Shown here one piece after another: positions 1 to 11,639 of a DNA stretch of 26,519 bases. The notes beneath the pieces are model-generated. The model did not search any database and was not told where the DNA came from. It worked only from the letters and a program-made list of their open reading frames with translations. This DNA comes from Chiloscyllium plagiosum. Lineage: Eukaryota. The translations under genes were made by a program, and so were the position numbers. Position 1 is the first letter of the stretch. Each line of letters begins with the position of its first letter. The DNA lies in assembly GCF_004010195.1 (NCBI RefSeq), contig NC_057711.1, positions 76,064,208-76,090,726 on the forward strand. The letters run 5' to 3'.

Positions 1-365
1 TGGCCACTAATAATGGAAACTGTATGGGAACTTTGGGACAGGAATAGGAAATCTCGTTTCTTCAAGTCTGTTCTGACACTCGATGAGTTCATGACTGCTT
101 TATGGTCTAACTCAATATATCCACCTTTGTCCTATCTCTGTGTAATTCTTTACCAATATATTGGGTGCCAGGTCTCCACCAGCAATGTGTATATTATGCC
201 ACCTGACACTTCAATAGGATGTCTGTGAATTTCTCTTTCTTAATCTTTCTTTTTGCTCCAAAGATATGCATTTACTGATGCACTTAAAGTTTTTTGCTCT
301 ATTTGATTTGGCATATTTCAACAGATTTTCAACGATCTTTGGTCTAAATTAACCCTGGAAGATTG

Positions 366-577
366 GATTCTGGATTAGTGGTGCTGGAAGAGCACAGCAG
401 TTCAGGCAGCACAGCAGTGAAATCAACGTTTCAGGCAAAAGCTCTTCATATTCCTGATGAAGGGCTTTTGCCTGAAACGTCAATTTTGCTGCTCCTTGGA
501 TGCTGTCTGAACTGCTGTGCTCTTCCAGCACCACTAATCCAGAATCTGGTTTCCAGCATTTGCAGTCATTGTTTTTA
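366..577 (+). mobile_element. Short Penelope-like element (PLE)-derived insertion: inverted (head-to-head) pseudo-LTR pair flanked by a 14-bp target-site duplication
   Basis: 366-449 is the near-perfect reverse complement of 458-546. The direct repeat CCTGGAAGATTGGA flanks it at 354-367 and 578-591. The right arm (450-579) is nearly identical to the reverse complement of 26049-26178, which lies downstream of a GIY-YIG ORF end. Confidence 0.85.
450..487 (+). ncRNA. Minimal type-I hammerhead ribozyme motif (PLE-associated)
   Basis: CTGATGA (454-460), an extra A, stem II GGGC-TTTT-GCCT (462-473), GAAA (474-477), then CGTC. This gives a loopless palindromic stem III (ACGT) and a GUC cleavage triplet ending at 481. 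Stem I pairing is poor. Confidence 0.6.
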
Positions 578-1334
578 CCTGGAAGATTGGAGAATAATTA
601 GAAAAAAGTATAGCTGGATTTTGACTGGTGTGGCTTGATCCTGCTCCACGGAATCCATTATGGTTTCCAAATAATAGAATATTGTATGGAGCTCTGGTGG
701 CTACAATGTTGCTGCACAATGATAGTTTAGCTTTTTTATGCTTAACAAGAAAATGGCTCAGACTATAGACCGTTTTCATTGAGTGGAAGATGATTTTACT
801 CTGCATGGCAACAGCCAAATGCAATCAGTCACTATCACATGAAATCCAACTCATGGTATATTGCTCCCATGACCCATACCAAAATCCTTTGCTCTGTAGG
901 CTGTAATTTTGTTTGTAATTAGTACATGAAATTGTCAACATAATATCAACAATGTTCTTTTTCCATGACATTCTTCTGCTGCTTTTTTTGGCCAGGAATG
1001 CGGTGAAGTCGTGTAAGAAACTTGGGTGTGCTTTCCTGGGTTTAGTGGCATTTTCACCTCCATACAAAAATGCTCCATCCTTTATTTGCTAGAGTTAACT
1101 CATAATATCCAGTACCTGTTCATACAATAGTCAAAACTAAAGTATGAAGCTGTGTTGGGGGGTTTTCAGGTATCCATAGCAGCCACCTAAAGCAAACATT
1201 AATCTCTTTAGATATGTGAGAGAGGTTTTAAAGGGTCTTTCTGAATTTGAGCTGCCCTGAGCATATCAGCTACTAAGTTTGTCCCACTCACATTTTCCCG
1301 ACATGTGTGCAGCCTAATAAGGGAAGGTAGACCA

Positions 1335-1450
1335 CACCTTCGTGTATTATCTCATACAGAAAGATAACACCTCCGCCAGCACAGCACTCTCTCATTAATG
1401 CAATATTGGGAATATCAGTTTAGGAAACATTTTCAAGTCCTTAAGAGGGG
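1335..1450 (-). mobile_element. Decayed Deu-domain SINE fragment (SacSINE1/AmnSINE-like)
   Basis: The reverse strand reads GGACTTGA...TGCATTAATGAGAGAGTGCTGTGCTGGCGGAGGTGTTATCTTTC..TGAGA, resembling the DeuSINE head/core as I recall it. Highly diverged. Confidence 0.45.
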
Positions 1451-1839
1451 CACAAATACATGGAAGGGAAAGAGTAAGGTTTTGGGCGCAATAATGCACT
1501 TAGAAATGACAAACACACACATCATTCTCATGCAAAGTAATGACTCGCCACAAGCATGCAAAGCTGATTTGACTCAATTTTTGAAGCTTCGGGTTCACCC
1601 GAGGTTTTCTCTTAATTTCACGCAATTAAATAATTAAATATGTGTAAAAGAGCATGAGAACCATCTGACAGCATTGGTTCAAGGGATCATGATCAGCTAG
1701 TTTAGGTTGATTTCTTCTGGCTGTTACTCCACTTAAGTCATTTGGTGCTTCCTACAGAAGCTTCCTAAGTCAATAAGGAATGTGGCCGATGCTCAAACTG
1801 TTTTTGCTGACTTTAGGACTTACAATGTTGATGCTGTCA

Positions 1840-2720
1840 GACATGCGGGATTTGGAAATGAGCATTTCTGGTAGAGTGACACACAGAGTAAAAGAAACAG
1901 CTACAAGAAGCAGAAGGAAGAGGAGAAAAAGACTTCTCAGCAGGAGATCACATCCACCCTTGCTGCAGTCACAATGGAAACCCACAAGTACACAAAGGAT
2001 TACATTGCCAGTGGCTGTGAAAGTGACCGTTGCTGTGATCTTTTACAAGTCTCATTCTTTCTAGATTGGCACTGGAGAATTTACTATCCTACAGTTTATA
2101 CCCACTGTTACATAAAAGAGGTCACTGAGGATCTTTGGGCAAAGTGAGAAAACTTCATTAAATTCACTTTTTCAGGACAGAAGTGGACAAAGTGAATACA
2201 AAGTTTGTAAACGGCCCCATTGCGCATTGAGTTGTAGATGCCACATTTCAACTTCACCCTGTAATAAAGTCAAGAACATGGCTGTTCCTCAATGTACAGT
2301 CCATGTGAGATATTATCATGTAGATCAAGAGTTAAGGAGGTAGTTATAATGCCTTCTTTGTGTAGCAGTCAATGGTACCAGATGTACTTGATCCAAAGCT
2401 AGCCTAAGAGAACATTACTGGGCTGCAGAGTCTATCACTACTTCACAATCGCATGTACACGAGAAATGTGATAGAGCACTCACAGGCATGCTGAGTGAAC
2501 AATACTTCAGCCTAGACTGTCCTGGAGGAGCCTTCTTGTACTTAGCTAAGATTGTTGGAGGTTTGCTACAAAAGCTTGCCTTCATAAGATGGCCATTGCC
2601 AGCATGAAAAATTAAGAAGTAGGACCATGAGGATGAGGATGTGGAAGAGGAAGAAAAGCGAGGGGACCAGCAGTGTCTTCTTACCTTGGGCTGCATTTGT
2701 TTGAGTAATTGAAATACCAC
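1840..2720 (+). pseudogene. Decayed PIF/Harbinger (HARBI1-like) DDE transposase relic
   Basis: Colinear motifs across stops and frameshifts: LPVAVKVTVAVIFYKSHSF (~2004-2061), HCYIKEVTEDLWAK*ENFIKF (~2103-2165), LNVQ (~2288), TRNVIEH (2459), GMLSEQYFSLDCPGGAFLY (~2485-2541), LHKMAI, then an acidic EDEDVEEEE tail. Confidence 0.8.
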
Positions 2721-2734
2721 AGTAACCTCAATCC

Positions 2735-2855
2735 AAAAGGAAAATAGTTAAAGTGCTCAAATCTGCAACTAAACACAGAAGATTTTGGCAACACTCAGCA
2801 TGTTATCCATCAGCTGTATAAAGAGACACAGAGGAGGACATTTTAACCTGAAGAA
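2735..2855 (-). mobile_element. Very old PLE-type 3'-end fragment
   Basis: AAAAGGAAAATAG..GTGCTCAAATCTGCAACTAAACACAGAAGATTTTGGCAACACTCAGCA..CAGCTGT..AGAGACACAGAG loosely parallels the PLE 3' end at 26051-26130. Low identity. Confidence 0.35.
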
Positions 2856-3297
2856 GTGAGTGATTTCAGACATAGGCAGATGTTTAAAACAGTTGCAATT
2901 GACAGCACATCAGGAAGCCTGCAGTAACCAGTTAACTTCTGTGTATTTGATTAAAGGCGGGAAAGCCCACTCGGAGAGGGGTATTGGCAACTATAATATA
3001 CAAATTAACTTTATTTACAGCTGGTTAACTGTGAATTTCAAATATAACTGTGTGTTGCTGTGAGTTTTTGCCTCCAGCAGAGTACTGTATGTCATACAGC
3101 GGTGCTAATGTTAACATGAGAAACTAGGCTTGGATATTGTGGTATTAAAAAATCTAACATTAAAGATGTTTATAATGGATAGTTATTATTTACAACAATA
3201 CTTCACAGGCACATAAGCATCTGGACTCATATTTAGCTAAAGGCAACATGCTTCCATTAACATGTCATACCTCAAGTGACCCCATTCAAGATGGAGA

Positions 3298-4770
3298 ATA
3301 AGACCATAAGACCATAAGACATAGGAGCAGAAGTAAGGCCATTCGGCCCATCGAGTCCACTCTGCCATTCAATCATGGCTGGTGGGCATTTCAACTCCAC
3401 TTACCCGCATTCCCCCCCTAGCCCTTAATTCCTTGTGACATCAAGAATTTATCAATTTCTGCCTTGAAGACATTTAGCGTCCCGGACTCCACTGCACTCT
3501 GCGGCAATGAATTCCACAGGCCCACCACTCTCTGGCTGAAGAAATGTCTCCGCATTTCTGTTCTGAATTTACCCCCTCTAATTCTAAGGCTGTGTCCACG
3601 GGTCCTAGTCTCCTCGCCTAACGGAAACAATTTCCTAGCGTCCACCCTCTCCAAGCCATGTATTATCTTGTAAGTTTCTATTAGATCTCCCCTTAATCTT
3701 CTAAACTCCAATGAATACAATCCCAGGATCCTCAGCCATTCCTCATATGTTAGACCNNNNNNNNNNNNNNNNNNNNNNNNNNNNNNNNNNNNNNNNNNNN
3801 NNNNNNNNNNNNNNNNNNNNNNNNNNNNNNNNNNNNNNNNNNNNNNNNNNNNNNNNNNNNNNNNNNNNNNNNNNNNNNNNNNNNNNNNNNNNNNNNNNNN
3901 NNNNNNNNNNNNNNNNNNNNNNNNNNNNNNNNNNNNNNNNNNNNNNNNNNNNNNNNNNNNNNNNNNNNNNNNNNNNNNNNNNNNNNNNNNNNNNNNNNNN
4001 NNNNNNNNNNNNNNNNNNNNNNNNNNNNNNNNNNNNNNNNNNNNNNNNNNNNNNNNNNNNNNNNNNNNNNNNNNNNNNNNNNNNNNNNNNNNNNNNNNNN
4101 NNNNNNNNNNNNNNNNNNNNNNNNNNNNNNNNNNNNNNNNNNNNNNNNNNNNNNNNNNNNNNNNNNNNNNNNNNNNNNNNNNNNNNNNNNNNNNNNNNNN
4201 NNNNNNNNNNNNNNNNNNNNNNNNNNNNNNNNNNNNNNNNNNNNNNNNNNNNNNNNNNNNNNNNNNNNNNNNNNNNNNNNNNNNNNNNNNNNNNNNNNNN
4301 NNNNNNNNNNNNNNNNNNNNNNNNNNNNNNNNNNNNNNNNNNNNNNNNNNNNNNNNNNNNNNNNNNNNNNNNNNNNNNNNNNNNNNNNNNNNNNNNNNNN
4401 NNNNNNNNNNNNNNNNNNNNNNNNNNNNNNNNNNNNNNNNNNNNNNNNNNNNNNNNNNNNNNNNNNNNNNNNNNNNAATCATCCGGGACTTTCCCTGACT
4501 CCAGTGACTTTTGAAAGATCTCAACCAACGCCTCCGCTATTTCCTCAGCCACTTCCCTCAGAACTCTAGGATGTAGCCCATCGGGGCCAGGAGATTTATC
4601 AATTTTAAGACCTTTTAGCTTTTCTAGCACTTTCTCTTTTGTAATGGCAACTATACTCAATTCAGCCCCATGACTCCCTTTAATTGTTGGGATATTACTA
4701 ATGTCTTCCACTGTGAAGACTGATGCAAAGTACTTATTAAGTTCTCCTGCTATTTCCTTATCTCCCAGGT
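3298..4770 (-). mobile_element. 5'-truncated CR1-clade LINE (ORF2 RT region plus 3' UTR), interrupted by an N-gap
   Basis: [37 protein letters not shown]...GKVPDD (4477-4711) and GLTYEEWLRILGLYSLEFRRLRGDLIETYKI...RTRGHSL...FFSQRVVGLWNSLP (3418-3756). The 8-mer tail (ATAAGACC)n is at 3298-3320, and ATAAGACC recurs at 4771-4778 as a probable TSD. Confidence 0.95.
3757..4476. other. Assembly gap (720 N)
   Basis: Run of N inside a CR1 RT domain. Confidence 0.99.
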
Positions 4771-5069
4771 ATAAGACCTTTATACTCTCAGCTCACATAT
4801 TATGATACAGTGCTGATATCATGAACATGTCTCTTAAAGTTGAACTGACATACTGAAACATAATACAACAAATGCATCTGCGTTTTATAACCTTTGCTGA
4901 CTCACCAAGGAAATCCAGATTAAAGCAGAATGGAATTTGAAGGAGTTAAACAAATAACATTCTAGGGTCTACAGAATATATATGCAGAGTCTTGCAAATA
5001 CTCTTTTAATTGGTCATTTTATCACACAGGTAACTGATTTAGAAGATAATTATGCTATAAAAGAAACTA

Positions 5070-5560
5070 TTTGGTCCATCATACCAAGTCATGTTTGCCC
5101 AGACTTATTTGCACACTTCAGCTGGTGATATTAGTCAAAATGAATGAGTTCTCAGTTTTGTGGCTCTTGCTGACTTCCAAAAGGACCAGGTTGCACATAT
5201 GGCAATCAATGACCTCCTGGATCACTCTGGAGCCTTTGTTAACTGCAAAAGTTTATTTACCTAGAGATAAGATGTTGTGTGTAATCACTCAAAAAATTCA
5301 TCATGCATGTTTGTGCAAGGTTACCAGGGAACTTCTATGATCCTTTCATCCTGAGCCAATCAAACCATCCTCGGATCTTCACTTCTTGATGCAGATGTTA
5401 ACAGATGTCTCCGTGGAGAGAAGAGCTTTGTGAGGAACTCAGACAATAATGTGTAGGAAAGATAATCTTTGTGACTTGACCACAAGAGCTATCATCAAGT
5501 GAACAACTGCGACACTAAGGTGTCTGGTCAGATACAGGGTGCTCATCAGAATGTGTGAGC
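5070..5560 (+). pseudogene. Second decayed PIF/Harbinger transposase relic
   Basis: AHMAINDLLDHSGAFVNCKS (~5193-5252; cf. THVAIKAP...FVNRKG), VVCNH, IMHVCARLPGNFYDPFILSQS (5300-5362; cf. ARWPGSxHDSxIL), and TTRAIIK*TT..LRCLVR (5479-5532; cf. TRxxIERTxGxLKxRFRCLD). Confidence 0.8.
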
Positions 5561-5624
5561 TTAAGTAACTAGAATGCTTGCAGTTCCCTTATTGATGTAG
5601 GTGCCATGGTGGAGAGAATTATGA

Positions 5625-5688
5625 AATGTTTCACTACATTGTTCACATAAAAGTACACATAACAATAAATTTCTGTTCTACTCTATTT
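5625..5688 (+). mobile_element. Short LINE 3'-end remnant (Rex1/L2-like)
   Basis: TTTCACT...GTACACATAACAATAAA followed by a degenerate (TTCTA)n tail. Similar to 11741-11776. Confidence 0.35.
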
Positions 5689-6039
5689 TAGGAGTGAGGA
5701 CTATAGCTTCAGGGGCAAGAATGTGGTGAGTACATTACTGCTTTGGATAAGGAGGACCATAATGAGTATCAGGGAGAGGGATATAGTGGGGGGAAATGTC
5801 TACAAATGGAGGTTGCTGGGTTAGCCTGATTTGAGCGTGTTTTAGTTTGAATGAAACAGTGTATCTGTCTGGCAGTCATATCCACCCCTAACCCTACAAA
5901 CCCAACATAAACAATTACAAAATCAATAATTCATTCATTTACAAGACACCCATTTTTAACAAAGAACAAAGAACAAAGAAAATTTGCAGCCCAGGAATAG
6001 GCCCTTCAGCCCTCCAAGTCTGAGCCGATCCAAATCTAC

Positions 6040-8900
6040 CCCTAAACTTCCCACCTCACACCTTGAACACGTGACCTCTCATTCTGGGAGAAAGGTTATC
6101 TCTATCTACCCTGTCCATACCCTTCATGATTTTGTAAACCTCGATCAGGTCGCCCCCAATCTCCTTTTTTCTAATGAAAATAATCCTAACCTACTCAACC
6201 TCTCTTCATAGCTAACACCTTCCATACCAAGCAACATCCTCGTAAACCTTCTCTGCACCCTCTCCAAAGCATCCACATCCTTTTGGTAATGTGGCGACCA
6301 GAACTGTTCACAGTATTCTAAATGCGGCTGAACCAATGTCTTGTACAATTTTAACATGACTTGCCAGCTCTTATACTCAATACCCCATCCAATGAAGGCA
6401 AGCATACTATATGCCTTCTTGACCACTCTATCCACCAGTGCAGCAACCTTCAGGGTACAATGGACCTGCACTCCCAGATCTCTCTGCCCATCAACNNNNN
6501 NNNNNNNNNNNNNNNNNNNNNNNNNNNNNNNNNNNNNNNNNNNNNNNNNNNNNNNNNNNNNNNNNNNNNNNNNNNNNNNNNNNNNNNNNNNNNNNNNNNN
6601 NNNNNNNNNNNNNNNNNNNNNNNNNNNNNNNNNNNNNNNNNNNNNNNNNNNNNNNNNNNNNNNNNNNNNNNNNNNNNNNNNNNNNNNNNNNNNNNNNNNN
6701 NNNNNNNNNNNNNNNNNNNNNNNNNNNNNNNNNNNNNNNNNNNNNNNNNNNNNNNNNNNNNNNNNNNNNNNNNNNNNNNNNNNNNNNNNNNNNNNNNNNN
6801 NNNNNNNNNNNNNNNNNNNNNNNNNNNNNNNNNNNNNNNNNNNNNNNNNNNNNNNNNNNNNNNNNNNNNNNNNNNNNNNNNNNNNNNNNNNNNNNNNNNN
6901 NNNNNNNNNNNNNNNNNNNNNNNNNNNNNNNNNNNNNNNCCTCTTCCAGATCATTTATGTATATCACAAACAACAGTGGCCCCAACACTGACCCTTGTGG
7001 AATACCACTGGTCACCTTTCTCCATTTCGAGAAACTCCCTTCAACTACTACTCTCTTTCTTCTGTTGCTCAACCAGTTCTTTATCCACCTAGCTAGAACA
7101 CCCTGCATACCATGTGACTTCACTTTCTCCATTGGTCTACCATGGGGAACCTTATCAAACACCTTACTAAAGTCCATGTATATGACATCAACAGCCCTTC
7201 CGACATCTATCAACTTGGTCACTTCCTCGAAGAACTCTATCAAGTTGGTAAGGCACAATGTCCCCCACACAAAACCATGTTGCCTGTCACTGATAAGCCT
7301 GTTGTTTTCTAAACATAAATAGATCATATCCCTCAGTACCCTTTCCAGCAACTTTCCCACCACCGACGTCAGGCTCACTGGTCTGTAGTTACCTGGAATA
7401 CCCCTACTACTCTTCTTGTACAGGAGGACAACATGAGCAACCTTCCAGTCCTCCTGCACCTCACCTGTATTTAAGGATGCCACAAAGATATCTGTCAGAG
7501 CCACAGCTATTTCCTCTCTCGCCTCCCTCAGCAACCTGGGATAGATCCCATCTGGTCCTGGGGATTTGTCCACCTTAATAACCTCTACCCTACCCAACAT
7601 GTCTTCTCTACTTAGGTCAACGTGATCCACACTAATCAAACTTCTATCTCTAATCTCAAGATTCATCATGTTCCTCTCCTCAGTGAGCACTGATGCAAAG
7701 TAATCATTCAGAATCTCACCCATTCTCTCAGGTTCGACACACAGCCTTCCTTCATTATCCTTTAGTGGACCAATCCTTTCTCTAGTTACCCACTTCCCTC
7801 TTATATAAGAATAAAATACTTTAGGATTCTCCTTAATTCTGCTTGCTAAAGCTATTTCATGACCTCTTTTAGCCTGCTTGATTCCTCTTTTAAGATGTCC
7901 TACTCTTCCGATATTCCTCCAGGGCCCATTCTGTTCTTAGCCGCCTGGACCTTATGTACACTTCCCTTTTCCTCTTGGCTAGTCGTACAATTTCTCCTGC
8001 CATCCACGGTTCATGAATCTTGCCCTTCCTGTCCTTTGCTTTCAATGGGACATGCCTATCCTGCACTACCTTTAACCTATGTTTGAAAGCCTCCCACATC
8101 TCAAATGTGAACTTCCCTTCAAGTAGCTGTGTCCAATCCACATTTCCCAGCTCCTGCCTAATTTTGATGTAATTGGCCTTGGCCCAGTTTAGTACTCTTC
8201 TCTTAGACCACTGTCATCTTTATTTACGATCATTCTAAAACTTACAGAATTGTGGTCACTGTTCCCAAAGAAATCCCCCACCACAATTTCTACCACCTGT
8301 CCTGGCTCGTTCCCCAGTACCAGGTCCAATATGACCCCTTCCCTCGTCAGACTATTGACATACTGCTCTAGAAAACTCTTCTGGACGCTTCTTACAAATT
8401 CTACCGCATCCAGACCTCTGACGTTAGGTGTATCCCAGTCAATGTTGGGAAAATTAAAATCTCCAATCACCACTATCCTATTGCCTCTACATCTTTCCAT
8501 AATCTGTTTACCTATTTGTTCTTCTACCTCACACTCACTGTTGGGAGGCCTGTAATACAGCACCAACAATGTAACTGCACCCTTCTTATTTCTCAGCTTC
8601 ACCCATAATGCCTCACCACCCAAGACCACCATAGTATCCTCATTTAGCACAGCCATGATATCATCCCTGACCAGCAATGCAACTCCACCCCCCACTTTTA
8701 CCTCCCTCCCTGTCCTGTCTGAAGCATCTATATCCTGGAAAATTTAGTTGCCAATCATGCTCTTCCTTCAACCAAGTCTCCATGATTGCAATAACGTCAT
8801 ACTCTTAGGCACCAATCCAAGGCCTAAGTTGATCTGCCTTACACACCATACTCCTTATATTAAAGTAGATGCATTTCAGGCCACAAGTTCTTTTGCATTC
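6040..8900 (-). pseudogene. CR1 ORF2 (AP endonuclease plus reverse transcriptase), fragmented
   Basis: [139 protein letters not shown]. Confidence 0.95.
6496..6939. other. Assembly gap (444 N)
   Basis: Run of N covering the expected FADD motif of the RT. Confidence 0.99.
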
Positions 8901-9008
8901 ATCTGCTCTCTGCCTATTCTTCCCTTTATTAATGTTATCTTCATGATTCTTACAGTCTCCAGTCTTCCCCTCGCTGCCTATTTGTTCCCACTCCCCTGTC
9001 ACATTAGT

Positions 9009-9690
9009 TTAAACCTCCCCAACAGCAGTAGCAAAAACTCCCCCAAGGACATTGGTTCCTGTCTGGTTCAGATGTAGACCGTCCATTTTGTAATGGTCCC
9101 ACCTTCCCCAGAACCGGTACCAATGTCCAACAAATCTGAACCCCTCCCTCCTACCCCATCTCTCAAGCCACATGTTCATCCTGCCGATTTTTTCATTTCT
9201 ATGCTGGCTAGCACATGACACTGGTAGTAATCCCGAGATCACTACCTTTGAGGTCCTCCTCTTTAACTTCTTTCCTAGCTCCCTGAATTCTTCTTTCATG
9301 ACCTCATCTTGTTTTCTACTTATATCGTTGGTGCCTATATGCACCAAGACAACTGGCTGTTCACCCTCCCCTTTTAGAATGCTCTGCAGCCAATCAGTGA
9401 CATCCCTGACCCGAGCACCTGGGAGGCAACATACTATCCAGGAGTACCGTTTTCGGCCACAGAACCGCCTATCTACTCCCCTCACAAAAGAATTCCCTAT
9501 GACTATGGCCCTATGAGTCTTTTTCCCGCCCTTCTGAACAGCAGTGCCGCCACGGTGCCACGATCTTGACAACTGCTGCCCTCTACTGATGAGCCATCTC
9601 CCCCAACAGTGTCCAAAATGGTATACCTGTTTTAGAGGGAGATGACCGCAGGGGACACCTGCACGGCCTTCCTACTCTTTTTCTGCCTAT
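9009..9690 (-). pseudogene. CR1 ORF1 C-terminal SGNH/GDSL esterase domain
   Basis: AIVIGNSFVRG (GDS motif changed to GNS), CCLPGARVRDV, VHIGTNDI, VVISGLLP, DGLHLN. Confidence 0.92.
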
Positions 9691-10446
9691 CTACCTTTAA
9701 ACACTCTTGCGGATACTTTTATGCAACTCCTCACTCTTTCTTTTTCACCTGTTCCTAGGTAGTGCAACACTGTGGTTTCAGCAGAGCTAGATGGAGGCAA
9801 CTCAGGTCCCTATGCAGATAATCTTAGCTGCTGTTCTTTGGATTTTAGAGATCTTGGGAGTTTATGCCAAAGACTTACTCATCTGCAGCTGAATGAAGTC
9901 AGATTCTGCCATTGCGGTATGACAAGTTACAACTGAGAAATACAGGGTAACAGCTTTCAGCATGTTCCCATTTCCATATCCTCTTCCTCCATCTTTTTTT
10001 TCATAGTTTACCCACACCTCCTAGCTAACAATGTCTGGAGAACACTGTTCTGCACAGCAAGACTAAAGGGTCAAGACTGGGCTATCATCAGACCTGTTTA
10101 AAGTGACATTCAGAGTATGGAAGTCAATGCAAGGGTCAATGTACAGTCATATGAATAATGCATTTGATACTTCATTCAATTGACCACTTGCAACATAGAT
10201 ATCAGCCTCAAAGGCTGTAACATCATGATACTCATGATCAGGTGAACCCCTTCTGTTTTGCACAATGTCTATGGAAACATTAACAGTTCCTTACACAATT
10301 TCTTTTGCTCCTCCAGAATTAGCATCTTCATGAGTAGTCTTCGAGGTTTAAATCTGTGTCCAACTGTGCAGAGCTTACAGCATCTTTGCCCTCTGACAGG
10401 GCTCTTCAGTTTTGTCCCTATTTTCACAAACCTGAGAAACAAATGA

Positions 10447-11130
10447 CTGTTTTCACAATTGCAATGGTTTATTACATTAGAAGTGACTTACTAACGAAAT
10501 ACTACAATTATACAAACTAACAACCATTGAGTGTTTATATAGCATGACCCATCTTTCCTCAGGGCGATCAGATCAGGCCCAGGGGTTCTCTACTTGAAGT
10601 CCCAGCTTTGGGTTGTCTCCTGGAGCTCCTGTATTAAACAGTTAAAAAACTTACTTTTATCCTTCTTCCCTTCCACTCAGTGAAATCCAACATGTCAGTC
10701 ACATTGTGCTGTTAATTGCTTCTTTACTTGGGCCCATTCTACGAAATGGTTGTTGGTTATCACCTCTCCTCCCTTGTCCATTCCTGGTGGAGACATCCCG
10801 GCTCCAAAAGATATGAGTTCTGTTGTGGTGTTGTTACTGTACAATACCCAGGAAATACCACATTTAGGATAACTTGTTTCCAATGAGCTAATTGTCCTTC
10901 AAGAATGTGATCAGCAGTCTCTGCTAATGAGGTTAACTCATTACTGGGTATCACATACTGGTCTTGCTAGTCCCATCAAAGTGTGTGTACCTTGATGCTT
11001 TTGTGGTGTCTACTTTTGTGGTGTGATGGTGCATTGTCAGAGATACTGACTGGCATCCTTGGAACATTCTTTGTTTCCTCCTGCACCACTTCCTGTGAGA
11101 TGCATTAAGGGCATGTGGGAGATGAAATAC
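10447..11130 (-). mobile_element. Possible decayed Gypsy-type 3' end (integrase C-terminus, PPT, short LTR)
   Basis: The minus strand has FPGYCTVTTPQQNSYLLE (cf. W.PG.I....PRSY.V), then purine-rich GAGGAAAGA followed by TG..TATATAAA..AATAAA..AAAACA. Weak evidence. Confidence 0.2.
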
Positions 11131-11332
11131 TAGAATTAGAAATGACAAGTTCAGGAGCTGCAATTATGCACATATTCGTATTTAACTACTTGCTGCCATG
11201 AAGTTGAGTGAGTGTTGTATACCACTTGGATGTGTGATAGTTTAATCTAACGAAAGGTTCTCAGGAAATCCCCATCTTTCCACCTTCAGGCAGAAAGGGG
11301 TTTTGTCACACAGATCAGTAGGCTTTGCACAG

Positions 11333-11530
11333 TCAGGAAGGAGAGATCACATCCAGAGGGTGACATAGCCTGAGTATATAGTTCATGGAATTTGTAGGCA
11401 AAATGAGAATAGAACTATTTTTCATATTAAAATGGGATTTGATCAAAAGTAAGCTTCGCATGATCAAGAAGGAGAGATCACATCCAGAGTTGACATACCC
11501 CGAATGCATATAACTTGCAGGGAATTTTCA
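11333..11530 (+). repeat. Diverged direct repeat, ~60-bp unit, 131-bp spacing
   Basis: TCAGGAAGGAGAGATCACATCCAGAGGGTGACATAGCCTGAGT (11333) versus TCAAGAAGGAGAGATCACATCCAGAGTTGACATACCCCGAAT (11464). Confidence 0.9.
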
Positions 11531-11639
11531 ATGCAGAGGAGAAGCTTTTTGTTTGCTATTTATTGGCTCATAGTTTGTAAGGTTTTTATTAACAGGATAA
11601 ATTGAAGCCCAGGATCAGGGGCTCACCACAAAAGTGTGA

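Larger units (their letters stand above)
5958..9690 (-). mobile_element. Near full-length CR1-clade LINE (partial ORF1 esterase, ORF2 APE-RT, 3' UTR), inactivated
   Basis: ORF1, APE and RT motifs occur in the correct order, with the tail (AACAAAG)x3 at 5958-5978. There are multiple stops and frameshifts. Confidence 0.97.

Noticed and set aside
349..638. Similar short ORFs (349-534, 363-638, 25921-26160) suggesting a small-protein family
   Set aside because: They are incidental translations of the same non-coding PLE terminal repeat.
1970..1984. 15-bp exact match CACAATGGAAACCCA shared with 18220-18234
   Set aside because: No convincing extension, and one such match is plausible by chance in 26 kb.
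1780..2064. Secreted basic peptide gene (signal-peptide-like start, Arg-rich)
   Set aside because: The C-terminal part is Harbinger transposase relic, and there is no supporting gene structure.
3418..7322. Long ORFs of 200-370 aa in the ORF track
   Set aside because: Their length comes from translating N-gaps. Only the minus-strand CR1 segments are meaningful.
7859..9516. Plus-strand ORFs at 7859, 8250, 8748 and 9172
   Set aside because: Antisense shadows of CR1 ORF1/ORF2.
11333..11530. CRISPR-like repeat-spacer array
   Set aside because: Only two diverged units, a vertebrate context and no cas genes.
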